Assembly (NCBI GenBank): GCA_015680685.1
Contig: MNCI01002485.1
Coordinates: 1,126,914-1,190,913, forward strand
DNA from: Gnetum montanum
Taxonomy: Eukaryota; Plantae; Gnetophyta
Reading direction: 5' to 3'
Length of the DNA stretch: 64,000 nt
Part shown: in pieces, positions 39,063 through 53,111 of the stretch
How positions within the stretch are numbered: position 1 is the stretch's first letter
Layout of the letters: each line of letters starts with the position of its first letter
The notes under the pieces: model-generated
What the model saw: the letters and a program-made list of their open reading frames with translations, nothing else
Database searches by the model: none
What the model was told of the DNA's origin: nothing
Made by a program: the position numbers and the translations under genes

Positions 39063-42000
39063 TGTTGGCACATTTTGGCCATATTATGAAGCAAGAATAT
39101 AAAAATTATCATAAGTTTCTTTTTAAAGAAAGGGGATGTGAAGATATACACTTGAAGATTATTATTAATCTTACATATTTCAAATTTAGGCAACTATTCT
39201 ATTTAGTGATGTTATTTATTCATATTCTTCTTGCCTGAGATTTAATTCACTATCCAAGATAAACCCATTACAAACCCATTATATTTGAGTGGACAAGATT
39301 AATTCAAAAATATATATTTTGAATGAGGATGAATAGTTTGAATATTAGTGATTTTATAATTCCAAGTCCAAGGAAATAAAAATCATTAGAGGGCTACTGT
39401 AGGAATACCATTATGATTCCAAATTTTTTTTTAAAAAAAATGTAATAATAGTCAAGCAAAGATTCTGGATCAATGCCATCACTCCTTGCCACTCATTTCC
39501 ATTAATACTTATGGCATCACTAATACCTTGTTCAGTGTGGACTTCATGGTATTGATGGGCTAGACCATTGTGGAGATGTGACAAGAATAAGAATTAAAGT
39601 CTACACAACCTTGTTCCTCAATTCTCAATTCTCTATTCTACAACAATTTCCTCATCTACCAAAAGTGTACCTATAGTGCTCAAAAAAATTGTTTGTTAAG
39701 AAAGGAATATACATAGAGAAATGAAAGTGAATCCAATGTTTATGTTTTATCTAAGGTTTGATAGTGTTGGGGTGTTATTGTTTGAGCATTTCTCAAGACT
39801 CTACAGTTTCTCTTTTTCGATTTTATTTCTTAGAGGTAAAATACACAAGATTAGGGTTAACTTGGATGGACATGAGAGCGTTTTCCTATGCTCAGTATTT
39901 CAAAAAAAAAAAGCAAATGAAATGCATATGAATAATGAGTGTTCCTCGAAAACTATCCAATGGACCTGCAACTAAACAAGCAAGAACAAGAATCATTTCA
40001 AATGATAGTGTTGCTAATCATTGCTCCACCAACAAGTAAAATTGTAAGAAGACTTGGGAGCTTCATTGCCATCTTAGTTTCTAGCTCTTGTGCTCATTCC
40101 ACTATCACCGTCATGGCCACCATTATTCATGAAAACATCATTGCCATGTCCATCTTGATGCTATTTGGTTTTGGAATGTCATAAAAAATGGGCCTTAATT
40201 ACAATTTAGTTGTAATGACATTAGTCATGGCAATTGTAGCTAGAAAAAATGACATATGGAAAGAGGTATCAAACCCTATGTGTGCTAGGATTTGGTAAGT
40301 TAATCCCATGTTGTTGTAAGCTAAATTTTTTGAAGTTGTCATTAGTGATGCCTACATCATTTCTAGTGACATGTCCAACAATGACCTTGGTAAATCTTAT
40401 CAATGAGACATTGAACTTATGAGTTACTGTAAACTATGAGTTCATTGGCTAAACTAATGATGGTTATTATCATAGTGTTACATCCCCACTCCCAAATGAT
40501 GTTTTTACCTAATGAAGATGGTGTCTCTTCATAACAAGCATTATTATCATCTTAATAAAGACCCAAAAGGGTAGTTGTCATTAAGACTTGAGAGGACATG
40601 TTGCAATAATGGGCATGTCTCTTAAGGTAACCTTTAGGGGTTTGGCCTAAGAAATTTATACATACGGTTAGAAGTCATTCTAGCATGGAATGGCAGAGCC
40701 AATATAGGCAAGTCATGGGGTGACGGAGCTAGTATAGGCAAGTCATGGGGTGACGGAGCTAGTATAGGCAAGTCATAGGAAGCTAGATGAAGCAAGATAG
40801 GAAGTGGACTGGCCATTCCTTCTAGTTAAGTTATAGGCCTAACCATGGTGTCAATGTTAGATTACCTCTAAGGGATAGATGCAAAATGAAGAAAACCCCA
40901 AGGAACACTCTTAGAGCACAATTTGGATATGCTATTCCATATTAATAAAGCATTCTTTTCTTTCTCTTTCTAAATTTTTTTCTATTATTTCCTTTATAAA
41001 TAATGTCAAATATCACTTATATTTCGCATTCGGTATATTTTATTTATACACATAATATCTAATATATCATATATTTGAAATTTGCTATGACATTTGAGGA
41101 GTGGATGTCACATATAGAATATACAGACATACCTAAACACTTGGTCTAAGCATATGCTATCTCCTTTAATTAGCCAATCGTATGTTTACTTGGTTCCACT
41201 TAAATGAAAACTTAATTTAAATGAAGAAGAAGAATTTATGGGATATTTGTACAAGTTTCTATATGAAGAATGGATTTGGCTATGAGTCCTTTTATTTTTA
41301 TGAAAATTCTAACTTCCTATGATGATATTTGTTACTAAGAAGGCACTTGGCTATGATAGCTTAAATTTCTCATAATTTCCATGGAAGTTATAACTTCTAG
41401 GATGGTTATAAATTTATATGCCTAAGATACTTGAAAGATCCATAAATTTTCATGATTATTGTAACTACCATAAGGTCATTATAAAAGGATCTTCAATGGT
41501 AGATTAAAATGGGGAGGAAGATTGGGGAAAAGACATTTGAAGAATTCTTCTAAGATGGCTTGTTCAAGACATTAATTCAGCTACTTTGTTTTAATCTTGT
41601 AAGTTCATTTCTTTCCATTTTCTTAGTTGCTTAGCTAATGATTTAAATAGTATCATGCTTGGCATTTAATTTTGAGATTGGTCATAGGTTTCTTTCATAG
41701 CTCCATTTTTGTGCAATATTAGAGTCCTATTAAGATTTTCCATAGAAGAACTCATGTTGTTGGAAGCCTCAAGAGTAATTTAATAGTAGTGTCTTAACAA
41801 AATTGCCTATTTTGAGCATAGAGTATCTATGAAAATATTTGGTATTTTGATGGGATTGAAATAGCTTCTTTATTTTCAAAGTTTATTAGCTTGGTATTCA
41901 ATCAAGAAATTGTCAATTTTTTTGAAAGCTCTGTTGAATGTAATCTTTGACATCTATTAACTAGCCAAAATAGGGACTCGTACTTTGTGGTTTACTTAGC

Positions 42001-42642
42001 AATTTTTGGTAGTATAATAAGATTGTCTTTATGAAATTTCTTGTTGGGCTCTAAAAGTTTGGACAATTTATAGTTATTAAATTGGAAATAGCTTGATTAA
42101 AAAATGTTTTCTCATGATAATTTATCTTGCTTAAATATTTGAGATTTCACACAAATCTACTTTCTTTTCTTTCTCTTTCTATGTTTATTAAATCTTGCTC
42201 TATTTCTAGTTTTCTTGTGAAACTTTCCCTTTAGGGGAAATTAGAAGTACATTGGAAAACTTGTGCTCAAAATTTTTTGTAAAAATTTTATTTTTTGCAA
42301 GTAGGTGTTATAAGGACCATATATACTAAGTGATTAAACAAAATAGGAATCTCCAACAACTCAAAATGTTTGACAAAGTTGGCTGAATCTCCTTTATGAT
42401 AGCTGGTTATAGTTTTATACATAATCCAACCATTTCAACATTCATAATAGCAAAAACATACTCACATATAGTAAATTTTATAACTATTAAGTTTATTTGC
42501 AGGTATATGGACCTTGCTGTTGCTAGAAACTAGTAAGCACCTAAACCCTATTTGTAGAACACCTTCAATATTGTGACTTCCCAAGGTCATGACATCATGA
42601 GGTCCACCATGTTGTTGATTATGTTCCATATAGTCACTAATA
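39063..42642 (+). repeat. 3' LTR of D, interrupted by solo LTR E2
   Basis: Colinear with 28057-30958; purine-rich tract AAAAATGGGAAATGAAA immediately upstream. Confidence 0.9.
40476..41112 (+). mobile_element. Solo LTR E2
   Basis: TGTTACA...TGTCACA; TSD CATAG/TATAG; the empty site is visible in the 5' LTR of D at ~29432. Confidence 0.92.
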
Positions 42643-45600
42643 GCAATGTACTAATCATGTTTCAAAAATTGGTAATGTCTATGTTCTAGGACTACATTAG
42701 TAAGAATGTGAAAGTTTAAATATTTGACTTTTTCACTTATGGTAAATCATTCCAAGAAGTCTTCAACTAGCTCAAAGCTATTTTATGTCATATTTGCTAG
42801 GTGAAATTAAATTAAAATGAAAAAATAAGTCAACTAATGGTGACCAAGGGCATTGTGCTTGGTCACAAAGTTTCATAGAAGAGGATATAAGTTGATCCTA
42901 AGAAGACTCATATCATCAAGAATATGATGTAGAAATACATGATAGTTAAAGATGTGTGATCTTTCTTGGGTTACATTAGTTATTATTATCATTTTATTAA
43001 AGATTATTCTAAATATCTAGACCCTTATTTGATCTCACAAAGAAAAGGATTCCATTCTTATGGAACAAGGAATGTGAAAATACCTTCTAGTATCTATAGG
43101 AAAGGTTAACCCAAACTCCCATGTTGTAGAGTTAGCACTAGACTCAACCATTCCAAATAATGATAAACACTAATAATTTTTCATTATGTGTTTTTCTAAT
43201 GTCATTTGATGAGAAGAAGAGGCCATACTACATACAGTGTACTAGTAGAAGCATTGTGGGACCTCAATTAAACTACACCACCATAGAAAAAGAATTGGTG
43301 ACCATAATTTTTTGCACTCCATAAATTCAAGCATTATGTTATGGGATGCAAAATTTTCATTTACATCGATCATACCATCATCCAATTCTTCATGAACAAA
43401 CTAAATGTTAGCCCCCATGTTATACAATGGATTGTCCTTTTGCAGAAATTTTACCTTCATATGATTGATTAGAAGGATGTTTAGAACATGGTGGTAGATC
43501 ATCTATCATAAGTAAGAATTTGCAATAGGAGAGAAGGTGTACTTCTTGATGAATTTTTGAATAAATATATTTGTAAGGTCACTTTTAAATTGAAGAGAAG
43601 ATATCAATACCCATGGTTTGCAAATATTCTTAATTACCTAGTGGTCCAAATGCTTTGTCCTAGGTGGAACAAATGCAAGATCCAACAATTTCAACACCAC
43701 ATTAGATCTTACTTAGTTATCAAAGAGAATCTTCACAAGTGATGCCCTAATAGTCTATTAAGATGATATGTTTTTGATAAATTCCATGGTTATGTTTTTT
43801 CTCGTGTACACCATCGCATCTGTTGTTGATACTATGTTGGGAAGAGAACCATGAAAAGGCTACATGTCATGGGCTATTTATAGTCCACCATATTCATTGA
43901 TTCTCAACACTTCATGCTAACATGAGGGAGATATATCCTTACATATGGAGGAACCATAGTAGTGGATCCAACTACTAGAGCCCTTTGATGTGTGTGGGAT
44001 TGCCTTTGTGAATTTCATCTCTTCTACTTCTAATGGAAAGGCATACACTTTTGTATGCATAGATTATTAGATGAAGTGGGCAGAAGCTACTACTATTAAG
44101 GACTTCTCATATACCACTATAGCAAACTTCCTTCAAAGAAATGTACTAAATAGGTTTGGCATTTCTCAAATCTTGATCTTTGATAATAGTATGCATTTTG
44201 ATAGTAAGATTTTTAAGAATTTATCATCATCTTATGGATATAATTTTAAGTTAACTTCTCCTCATCATCCACTAGATAATGGCTAGGTAAAATCTACTAA
44301 CCATGAAATTGTTAGAATACTTAGAAAAATAGTTAGTAAGTATAGAAGAGATTGTGCCAACAAGCCTAATGATGCTCTTTAGACCTATTGAATGACATGG
44401 AAAAATCTGTTTGGGTACACTCCATTCAAGTTGAGCTATGAACAGGTTCCATGACTTCCTATTGATCTTGAGATGAAAACCTTAAGTAGTGTTGCAAATT
44501 TTGATATTACCTTATATTCTACTCAAAAAGAAAGGTTGATTAGCCTCAACTTTCTTGATGAAAACTATAGAATTACCTTGACGAATAGTAAATTAAAACA
44601 TTCTTACACCAAAGCTTGCCATAATGTTCATGAAAGAGAGTTTAATTTCAAACTTGATGATAATGTTCTCTATTTTAATCTGCTAGATTTGGCCCATTTG
44701 AGTGAGTTTTTGTGTTAATGGAGATAATCATGCATTCTCCACATTGGTCACTAGTCTAGCATAGAATATATTTACCATCCTAATGAGCTTGATAAAATAT
44801 TTTTGTTCAATGGATAGCACCTAAATTACTACAAAGAATATCTTTCTCTTCTAAGATGACTTAATGATAAATCTTGTATTTTTTAATGAGAGGTCTATCA
44901 AGTAATAGATATGGATTGGTCATGAGGGAGAACTCTACATGTAATGTCAAAGTTTTCTCTTCTTTCTAATACTTTGCTTATGTGCCTTAATAAAACCAAT
45001 TTTTTAATTAGTACTCTTCATATTTTTGAGCTTAATGATCAATAACTCCTAATATTTTCTTTTTCTTAGGTGTGTTTGTATGTGTATGGGGAAACCAATT
45101 AATGTGATTTATAAATGCATACCCTACAAGCCAATGGTAGATGGTTGAGTTATAGATATGAAGATGATGTGAGAGAACCAAATGAATCCAACATGGAGCT
45201 TTGATTGATGAAATGCTTATGCACCAAAATTCATCCACCTACTTTTCTTTTATTCATCATTGGTGAATTAGGCTTAGATTCAGCCAGAAGCTAGAACTCA
45301 CACTATGAACTATTGAAGTTAATATTAAATCCCTAAATGCATTTTTTTCTAAGCATCAACCCAAACAATGGTCATATTCATCACCTTGTGATCATGGTAC
45401 TATAATTTTTATTGGATTTGCTAGCTAGAGGAATCAACATGAGGATCCCTATAGAGCAAAATTAACATAGCCTACCATGCATAGATGCATGGATGGAGGA
45501 AAAGAAAATTGAGATCTTGACTTTTGGATGTTTTGCAGTATGTTTTCTTTGTTTTATTTTACCAATGGTTAGACCATAACAAAGATTAGATGCCATTGGT

Positions 45601-48600
45601 GTAGGTTGGTATGACCTTGCACTTGAAAGGGAAACTTAGAGTTCTATGCCTCCTAGCTAGACAAGTAGTGGTAATGGGATGTGATAGTGGATCTCTCATA
45701 GTGTATAGGACATTCTCACATGCTTCATAAGATAATTGAATGATTAGCTAGGGATTCAGTGATGTTTCATACACATACCTTTTTTTTTCATCATGCATTC
45801 TCCATTTGTTCCATTTTTGTCTTATCCATTGTTATGTATGTTAGAAAGTTAATCAAGAAACACAAAGGATAAGATTGGTCATCCAATGGGATGGACTTGC
45901 ATTTGATGCTAATGTCTCATTGGTTATTGAGAATCCATGGATGTCCCATCAATGAGTTTTACAAGGGCAAGAAATGTAGAAGTCTACTATGGAGAGGGAC
46001 TACTTATGAAGCCTTGCTTGCATAGCATTGTATGTAAGTAAACTCAATCTTAACTTCCAAGATGCTGGTGGTTGCATGACATAAGGTACTTGATTTATGT
46101 TTTGCATGTGTGGTTGCAACTCAATTATCCTAATGATTTAATTAAGACTATCATCCTCCACTTTTATTTTCTTATTGTGTGTTTAGTTACCTCTATTTTC
46201 TTTAGTGTTGGTGTCATAAGTTTTTAGACCCCTTTTATTTTATTATTTCCCATGTTTACATCTGTAATTGTTACACCAATGTTCTTCAATGCATGTTGTT
46301 AGTTAATGATGTCCAAGATTAATTTCTCATAACTTAGTTTTAGTAGAGAGATACTAAGGAGTACATGCTTTTTGATCTTATCATATTCATTATACTAGCG
46401 TATGTGTCTGTCTTTGGGTTGTGAATTTGTTCTTCATGGTTTCTTTGAAGATTATAATTACCATTATTTTAATGCATGATTTTCTCATCATAGAATAGCA
46501 GGCATGGGACATGCACATTCATTAGTAGCTAAATACAAATAAAAAGGTATATAATGAAGATTATTTATCATACCTGAGGCATCATTAGTTTCACATGCAT
46601 AATAGGGGATTCTTCCTTCTAGTCATCATTCCCTAGACTCTCTTTTATGAAAGTGACAATTTTGTAACGTGTCATGTGTCAAAATATTTATATAATTTTA
46701 TTCCTCCACATTGACCGTATCATGTGTTGAGTTCTAGTCATTGTGTCTTGAATGTTAAAGCTATGGAGCTAGTTTTATCTAGTCATGGAAGAGTGACGAA
46801 GCATTAAGTGGTAATTTGTATGTCAATTATAGGTCTTAGATATAAAAAGTATTCTGAACATCATGTGTTTATAGTATAGAATGTTCAATAAAGGTGGTTG
46901 GCTCTCTAAGATGTCTTCTTGCCTCCTAGATCATACTCTGAGGTTTCATGCATTATTTTAGACTCTTTAGGATAATTATAGCTCTACTCGAATGCCTTAT
47001 GTTCCTTCCAGCATGTCCCCTTGGGTTTTGGCTTACATCTAGATCTAAAAGGAAAAGTGTGGTCTTTTAGGAAAAAACACTAGCTACCCTACATTAGTTC
47101 ACTTCATGATCAATGCATGGATGCTAATGCATCCTTCTTGTAGGATTTATTTACCTATCTTTGTCTCTTAAGTATCTTAAGTATGAGTAGTCTACATTGA
47201 CAAGCGTTTGTTGATGCCAAGGTGCTCACAAATCCTCTTCATTCTTGCACAAAATTATAAATACACAAGGTGAGCTTTTCCACAGAAGAAGCTAATGCTT
47301 AGTCATGTTGGTGAATCTTGTGGTATCTAGCTATGTGAAAGCTCTTTTTTCATTGGGTAATTTGATTCCCTTCTCTATTTATGTGTTTTGAATAATTACT
47401 TTCACAAGTGCAACTAGACTTTATTAGGGTGATATCATGAATACATATTCTAGAACCATTTTTTCAATGTGGAGTAAACACCTTAATGAAAATTCATAAT
47501 GTAACTAAATAAAATTTTTAGTCAAATTTTTTCATGTAATTTTGATAGGATTTAAGAGTAAAAATAAAATCCTCAGTTTCCCTTTAAAAACTCACCTTGT
47601 AGCCTTGTTTTGTTAAAATTCCATAGTATTCTCACTTTGTAAAGTGTAATTCATTATATGAAATATGAAAAATGTCAAGAGTTACACTAGAGCTTTGGAT
47701 TAAGAACTTAGAAAGGGGGTTGAATAAGTTCCCCCAAATTAAAAATTCACCAACCCCAAAAACACAACAAACTTTACATGGTTCTCCAACTTGGGTAGTT
47801 CACACATAGAAGATAGGTTCCTTTAACACCTACAGACTTTGTTTCTTCTAAGTGCTTTGAAGGGAACCACACCCTATACAAGCTCTTAGCTTTGCTTCAG
47901 AGTGTTTTTTTGCTATGAAACCAATCAACCCCACGAGGTTTCAACAAGCACTAAATGTGGTTTCAAGGATCCCACAACCTCTACAAAATTAAGCTCCACT
48001 CAAGAGTGTTTTGACACTATAAAATCACTCAACCCCACAAGGTCTTAACAAGATCAATATGGATTTCTTTTTGCAAGAATCACATCAACCCTATAGGGCT
48101 ACAAGAAAGAGAGAAAAGAATAACAAAAAAATGTAACTAAATTTATAGGTCCTTGTCCTTGAAGCTCAGTACAAAATACAATCAAGCAAATGATGTTAAA
48201 ATGAAGAGAAATAATAGAATTTCATAGAATAGATAATTATTAGTCTTTTATGAAAAGTTCTTACAAAATTTCCAAGATTTTGAAATTTTCTTATAGCCTC
48301 AAAGTTTCTAAAAACTCCTTAGAATTCATGCAATAGCTACCAAAAGGCTAGTGTAGACATCTACTTCAAAGTTGGAATGCCTAACTGAGATTGGTCTTAA
48401 TTTAGGAGAGATGTCTTACTAGTCGATGAGTTCCTATTCATGTCCTACAAAAATATTATCCAACATGAACATTCTATTTCTTTTCCATTTTTCTTAAGAC
48501 TTTGACATACCAAAAGGTCAATAATCTTTCCCTTTTTGGTGATGTCCAAAACTTAAGAAAATGGGTTAGTAAATATTATGGCATAAGCCTTAGATAATAA

Positions 48601-48921
48601 AAACTCTTAAGACATATAAGTTCCAATGGTAGCCAAAGAGTATCACTGTGGTAAAAATATAAGAGCTAAAGATAATAGGTTCAAAAGAAATAAGAGATTT
48701 TTATGAACTGTCTAAGGGTCAACTTGTCTCTATAACATAAATGACTTCATATACAAAGGGCATAAAGTTCACATACATATATTCATACATAAGCAAATCA
48801 CAATCAAAAGCAATAATATACTATCACTATCCATCCATAATGTATACATGTATACTATCCACTATCCAAAAAATCTTTCCTTTGTTGGACACCACCCAAA
48901 AGGAAGGATCACCTAAGGAAT

Positions 48922-50468
48922 TTAATCATAGACCTCAGTGACATCATCTGAATCCTCATCATCATCATTATTGGTGTTGGTGCTGGAGCTAGAGACATGT
49001 TTCTCATCATCATCATCCAAAGATGGCATATGAAGTAGAACCCTTCATGGATGAAGCTTCACTTAAAATCAAGATGAAGCTACAAGATCCTGCTAGGATG
49101 GAGCATACTAAGAGGATGAGGAAGTACCATTTCTGTAATAAGTGATAGGATTGGTAGGTCTCCAATTGGAAGAATTACCAAAGATGCTCTCCATGGCTTG
49201 CTACTTTAATGTCCTCGGAGCATCATCCTGATGATGAGAATTTGGTCTAGGCTACATGTGATTAGGAAACTCTCCTTGGACATGTGTTGGTAGTTGCATC
49301 AAGCTCCTCTGAATTAGATGCATTTCCTAAGTCATAAGACCAGGAAGGCCCAATTTATGTTGAGTGTCTAGGTGGGGCTAGATAGTCCTCATCACTATTT
49401 GATATGGGAGGAGGGGTGATCTTCTTAAACTACTAACCATTAGGAGGAAGAGATACTTCAGCTACATTCATTCTCTTACAAAGGTAAGAGACATTCCTAC
49501 CAATCATACCAATAGTATAGTCAAAGAACTTAAGTAGCTTCTTCAAAGAAGATCTCAACTTAATGACAACAAATTTAGACCTTCTCAACTAAGGAGATGC
49601 TTGAGATGGTGATGCAATTTTCTTCTTTCTTAATTTTAGTATGGATGGAGCCCTTCTTTCTTGAATACTCACCAAGGATCCTCTTGTCTTTAAGAAAAGG
49701 CATGTTAGAAATGGAAATAACTCCATGTTGAATTAGCAAACTAATAAGGTGAGGATGCCCATAGATTTTCTTCTTGATGAATGAACCCAACATGTCTCGG
49801 CAGAGAGTATGATCCAAGTCAAAAAATGATCTTGTGAGAAGGTAATAGAGAGTAAATTCTTAGGCTGGAAAAAAATATTTATAACTTCCTTATTTTATAA
49901 TGATATTATATAAAACAATGAAATCTATGATGGAAGCATCTAGAGCCATATAACTCCTATAAATTCTCCCACTACATAAAGACACTGACTGCCCAAAGAA
50001 AATATCACAAAATTCATCTTGAAAAATAGGTCTCACATCATTCATGGAATAAATGGTAACCTTGAAAACATTAGCATTGGATATCCCAAGAATTTCATTA
50101 ACTACTTAAGAAGAAATTTCAATCGACATGCCTCCAACCATGGTAGTGAAAGCCCCAACAAAAGCATTTGTAATCACAATGTTATTATAGAATTCTTTTA
50201 TTAGAATTTTCAGCATACATAAATTCATTGAAATGAATGAAACCCAATTCAAAACTTGAGAGAACCCCATCAATTTCTTCTATAGGTACTACAAGAAATA
50301 AATAGTGCATTCAAAGATAATAGAGATAGTTTGAGTTACCTCAAACTAATTCTAGGTCTTAATGGATCTAAATAGTAAAGAATAGTGCTTGCAATGTTTT
50401 TGGAGACTCCCTTTGACTTCTTCCTCTTCCTAGGTAGTAGCCTTAAATTTCCAACCTTTGTAGGCCAT
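48922..50468 (-). pseudogene. Env-like / putative plant transposon protein ORF of C2
   Basis: LNWVSFISMNL...LIKEFYNN...VVNEILGYP and YGHPHLISLLIQHGV motifs; acidic C-terminus. Confidence 0.72.
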
Positions 50469-50859
50469 GGATTTTAAGAAAAAATACACAACTCTCTGTT
50501 GTTGAAGAAGCCCTAGTTGTTCACCCTTGATTGTCTATGCTTGGACATGGAAGAATAAAGGAGAAATGAAGGTTTGGATTTATATATTCATGGACTTTGA
50601 GTGTTTTTTTAAGAAAATATATATGTCTCCTTTCAATGATAGAAATTTATGCATTCTATTAAAAATTAGGTAGATATCTCATTGGGAAAGTATACGTCTA
50701 TCTTCTTATGAATATGTCTCATGGTAGATGTCTTCAAGTAGATGTCTCAGCAAGAAAAGGTTTAGGATCGACTACCAAGGATTATAGTCTTAAGATATAT
50801 TCAAAATGAATTGAATACTTAACTCTACTTACATTTCTTACTAAAGAAAATGAAGGTGA

Positions 50860-52711
50860 CTAAGGAGCTTGAGAATGAGATCCTTCTTTTGAAGTACCTA
50901 CTCTTATGCAAATTTCTTCTATGTCTAAACAATGGCTCCCTTTCACAAGTTTTTTGGAGAGGATTCTCTCACTATCATCTCCTTTATTTTTGATTCTCCA
51001 TACCTTCTTAACTTTCTTTTCCTTTTTATTTGTCCAATATTTCTTTGTGTCTTGCACATTTTACTTTCTAGATATATTTGGATATGACCAAGGAGTTTTG
51101 TGATATGTCCAAGTGTTCATATGATAATACTTTAAATTTCAATCCTATTACTTATGCCTAAATCTATTATAATAATAACACCTAAACGTTATTTTTAATT
51201 AAAGTTATCAAACCTTAGAATGTATTTTTGTTTGACTATAGTAGTTACCTCAATTTCGGAAGTGGCCTTTGGTTTAGATAAATTTTGTGTGAATGCTTAT
51301 TCTTGTTGATAGCATTCTAGTCCACTTTCATTTTTTGGACTTTTGCCTTGCCCAAGAACTATTCACAAAGATTCTTTTCCTTTGACCAACCTCTCATTTA
51401 GAAGTTTACCATCTAGAAGTTTTATAATTTGCTCATCGGATAACGTTAGTTTTTTATTCTTAGCCCTTAGGCCTAAGGTTTCTTTTGTGACATCTAAAAT
51501 TTCATATTTAAAGAGACATATTGATCCTTGTTTTCTTAATTCCATATTTAATTTATATAGAGATTTTTAATAGATAGAAATTTATTACACAAGAGGTCAT
51601 ACCTTTCTTCATCAATTTCCATTTGATCATCATCATTAAATAACTTGGCATCGTCATTTGTGAGAGCCATACATATGAGATGTGAATATTTTAAAGTGTC
51701 ATCCACCTCTTCTTCACTTTTCTCTCCATCATTCTAGCTTGTGTAGAAGTTAGTATTTTTCATATCCATATCATTCTTATCTTTCTATTGCAACTTGCCA
51801 TTACGAGGACATTTGAAGGCCACATGGCCTCTTCCAGCACATTCCCAACATTCTATTGAAAAAGCATCAAAATTTGAATTTGAAAAACTTTTGCCTATAT
51901 CTTTACCTTTGGTGTTGGATTAGTTAGATCCTAGTTGATTGAAGCTCCTTCCTTTTCTTGCAAGAAACCTTTGAACTCTTCTTGATTGAAGAACTATTTC
52001 TTCCTTGCTATTCATTTCTTTTTTAGCCAATTTCTTCTCTTTAGATGTTGATTTCTAGGTGATAGGATTTTATTTTATATCACCTTCTCTTCTGAAATAC
52101 ATTTCATACGAAATAATAGCACTTTGAAGCTCTTCAAAGTTTAAGATTGAACAATCTCTAATCTCTTACATAGCTGTAACCTTAGGTCTAAATTTAGATT
52201 GTAGTGTTTTAATCATTTTTATGATTACATCACTTTCAAAAAATTCCTTGCTTGTACCTCTAATTGTTATAAATAGATCATTCACCCTAGAAAAATAATC
52301 TTTAATCTTTTCAGCTTCCCTCATTTTAAGTTTTTCATATTCACTTTACAAAACCAAAAGTTTTGATTATTTGACTATGGATGTGCTCTCATAGGTAGCT
52401 TCTAAGGTTTCCCAAATTTCTTTAGCAATTCTACATGTAGCTATTCTATTAAATTTAGACTTGTTTAATGCACAATATAAATAGTTTTTTTCTTTATAAT
52501 TGTACATAAACTTATCTCTTTCTTTAGGTGTCCAATTGCTCCATGGCTTGAGGGCCTTTGATCAATTGTCAGTGGACAATGTGTATCCTTCAAGAATTGA
52601 ATCCCATATCTTGAATTCCATTTACTTGAAGAAGCATTACATCCTTGTCTTCTAGTAAGAAAAATCAAACTTCTAGAACATTGGTGGCTTTGTGTAGGAT
52701 TTCCCCTTCAT
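50860..52711 (-). pseudogene. Copia/Sirevirus gag of C2
   Basis: N-terminal KPPMF; AKEIWETLEATYE; zinc knuckle CWECAGRGHVAFKC at ~51850-51809; C-terminal KKVWRIK. Confidence 0.85.
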
Positions 52712-53111
52712 TGTTTACTCTTGAAAGTTAAAGCATGAACTTGAGAGTACTGTGCTCATATACCACTTTTGGATCAAGAACTTTAAAGGGTGGTTGAATA
52801 AGTTCTCCAAATTAAAAATGCACCAACCAAAAAAACATACCAAAGTTTATGTGGTTCTCCAACCTAGGTAGTCCACACATGGAGCGTATATTCCTTGCAC
52901 ACTCTAGACTTTGTTTTGTCAAAAAGTGCATTGAAGGGAACCACACCTTGTATAAGCGTTGACCTCTACTTTAGAGTGTTTCATTGCTATGAAACTACTC
53001 AACCTTGCAAGGTTCTAGCAATCATAGAATGTGATTTCAAGGTTCCACAACCTTTACAAAATTGAGCTCCACTATAGAATGTGTTAATGCTATAAAACCA
53101 CTCAACCCTAT

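Larger units (their letters stand above)
28057..42642 (+). mobile_element. Full-length Tat-lineage (TatII-like) Ty3/gypsy element D with ~2.9-kb LTRs
   Basis: LTRs 28057-30958 and 39063-42642; TSD GTAAT/GCAAT; Tat-type PBS TAGTGCTAGAAGGAGGG (~30966-30982, canonical TGGCGCTAGAAGGAGG); order gag-(PR)-aRH-RT-RH-INT. Confidence 0.9.
26540..47688 (+). mobile_element. Athila-like element F remnant (PR-RT 26540-28056; RT-RH-INT 42648-44850; 3' non-coding region to ~47688), split by element D
   Basis: PR is similar to that of element A. RT MPFGLCN is cut at 28056 and resumes after TSD GCAAT at 42648. RH LNYTTIEKEL at ~43270; INT ORF 44071-44286. The right boundary is uncertain. Confidence 0.75.
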
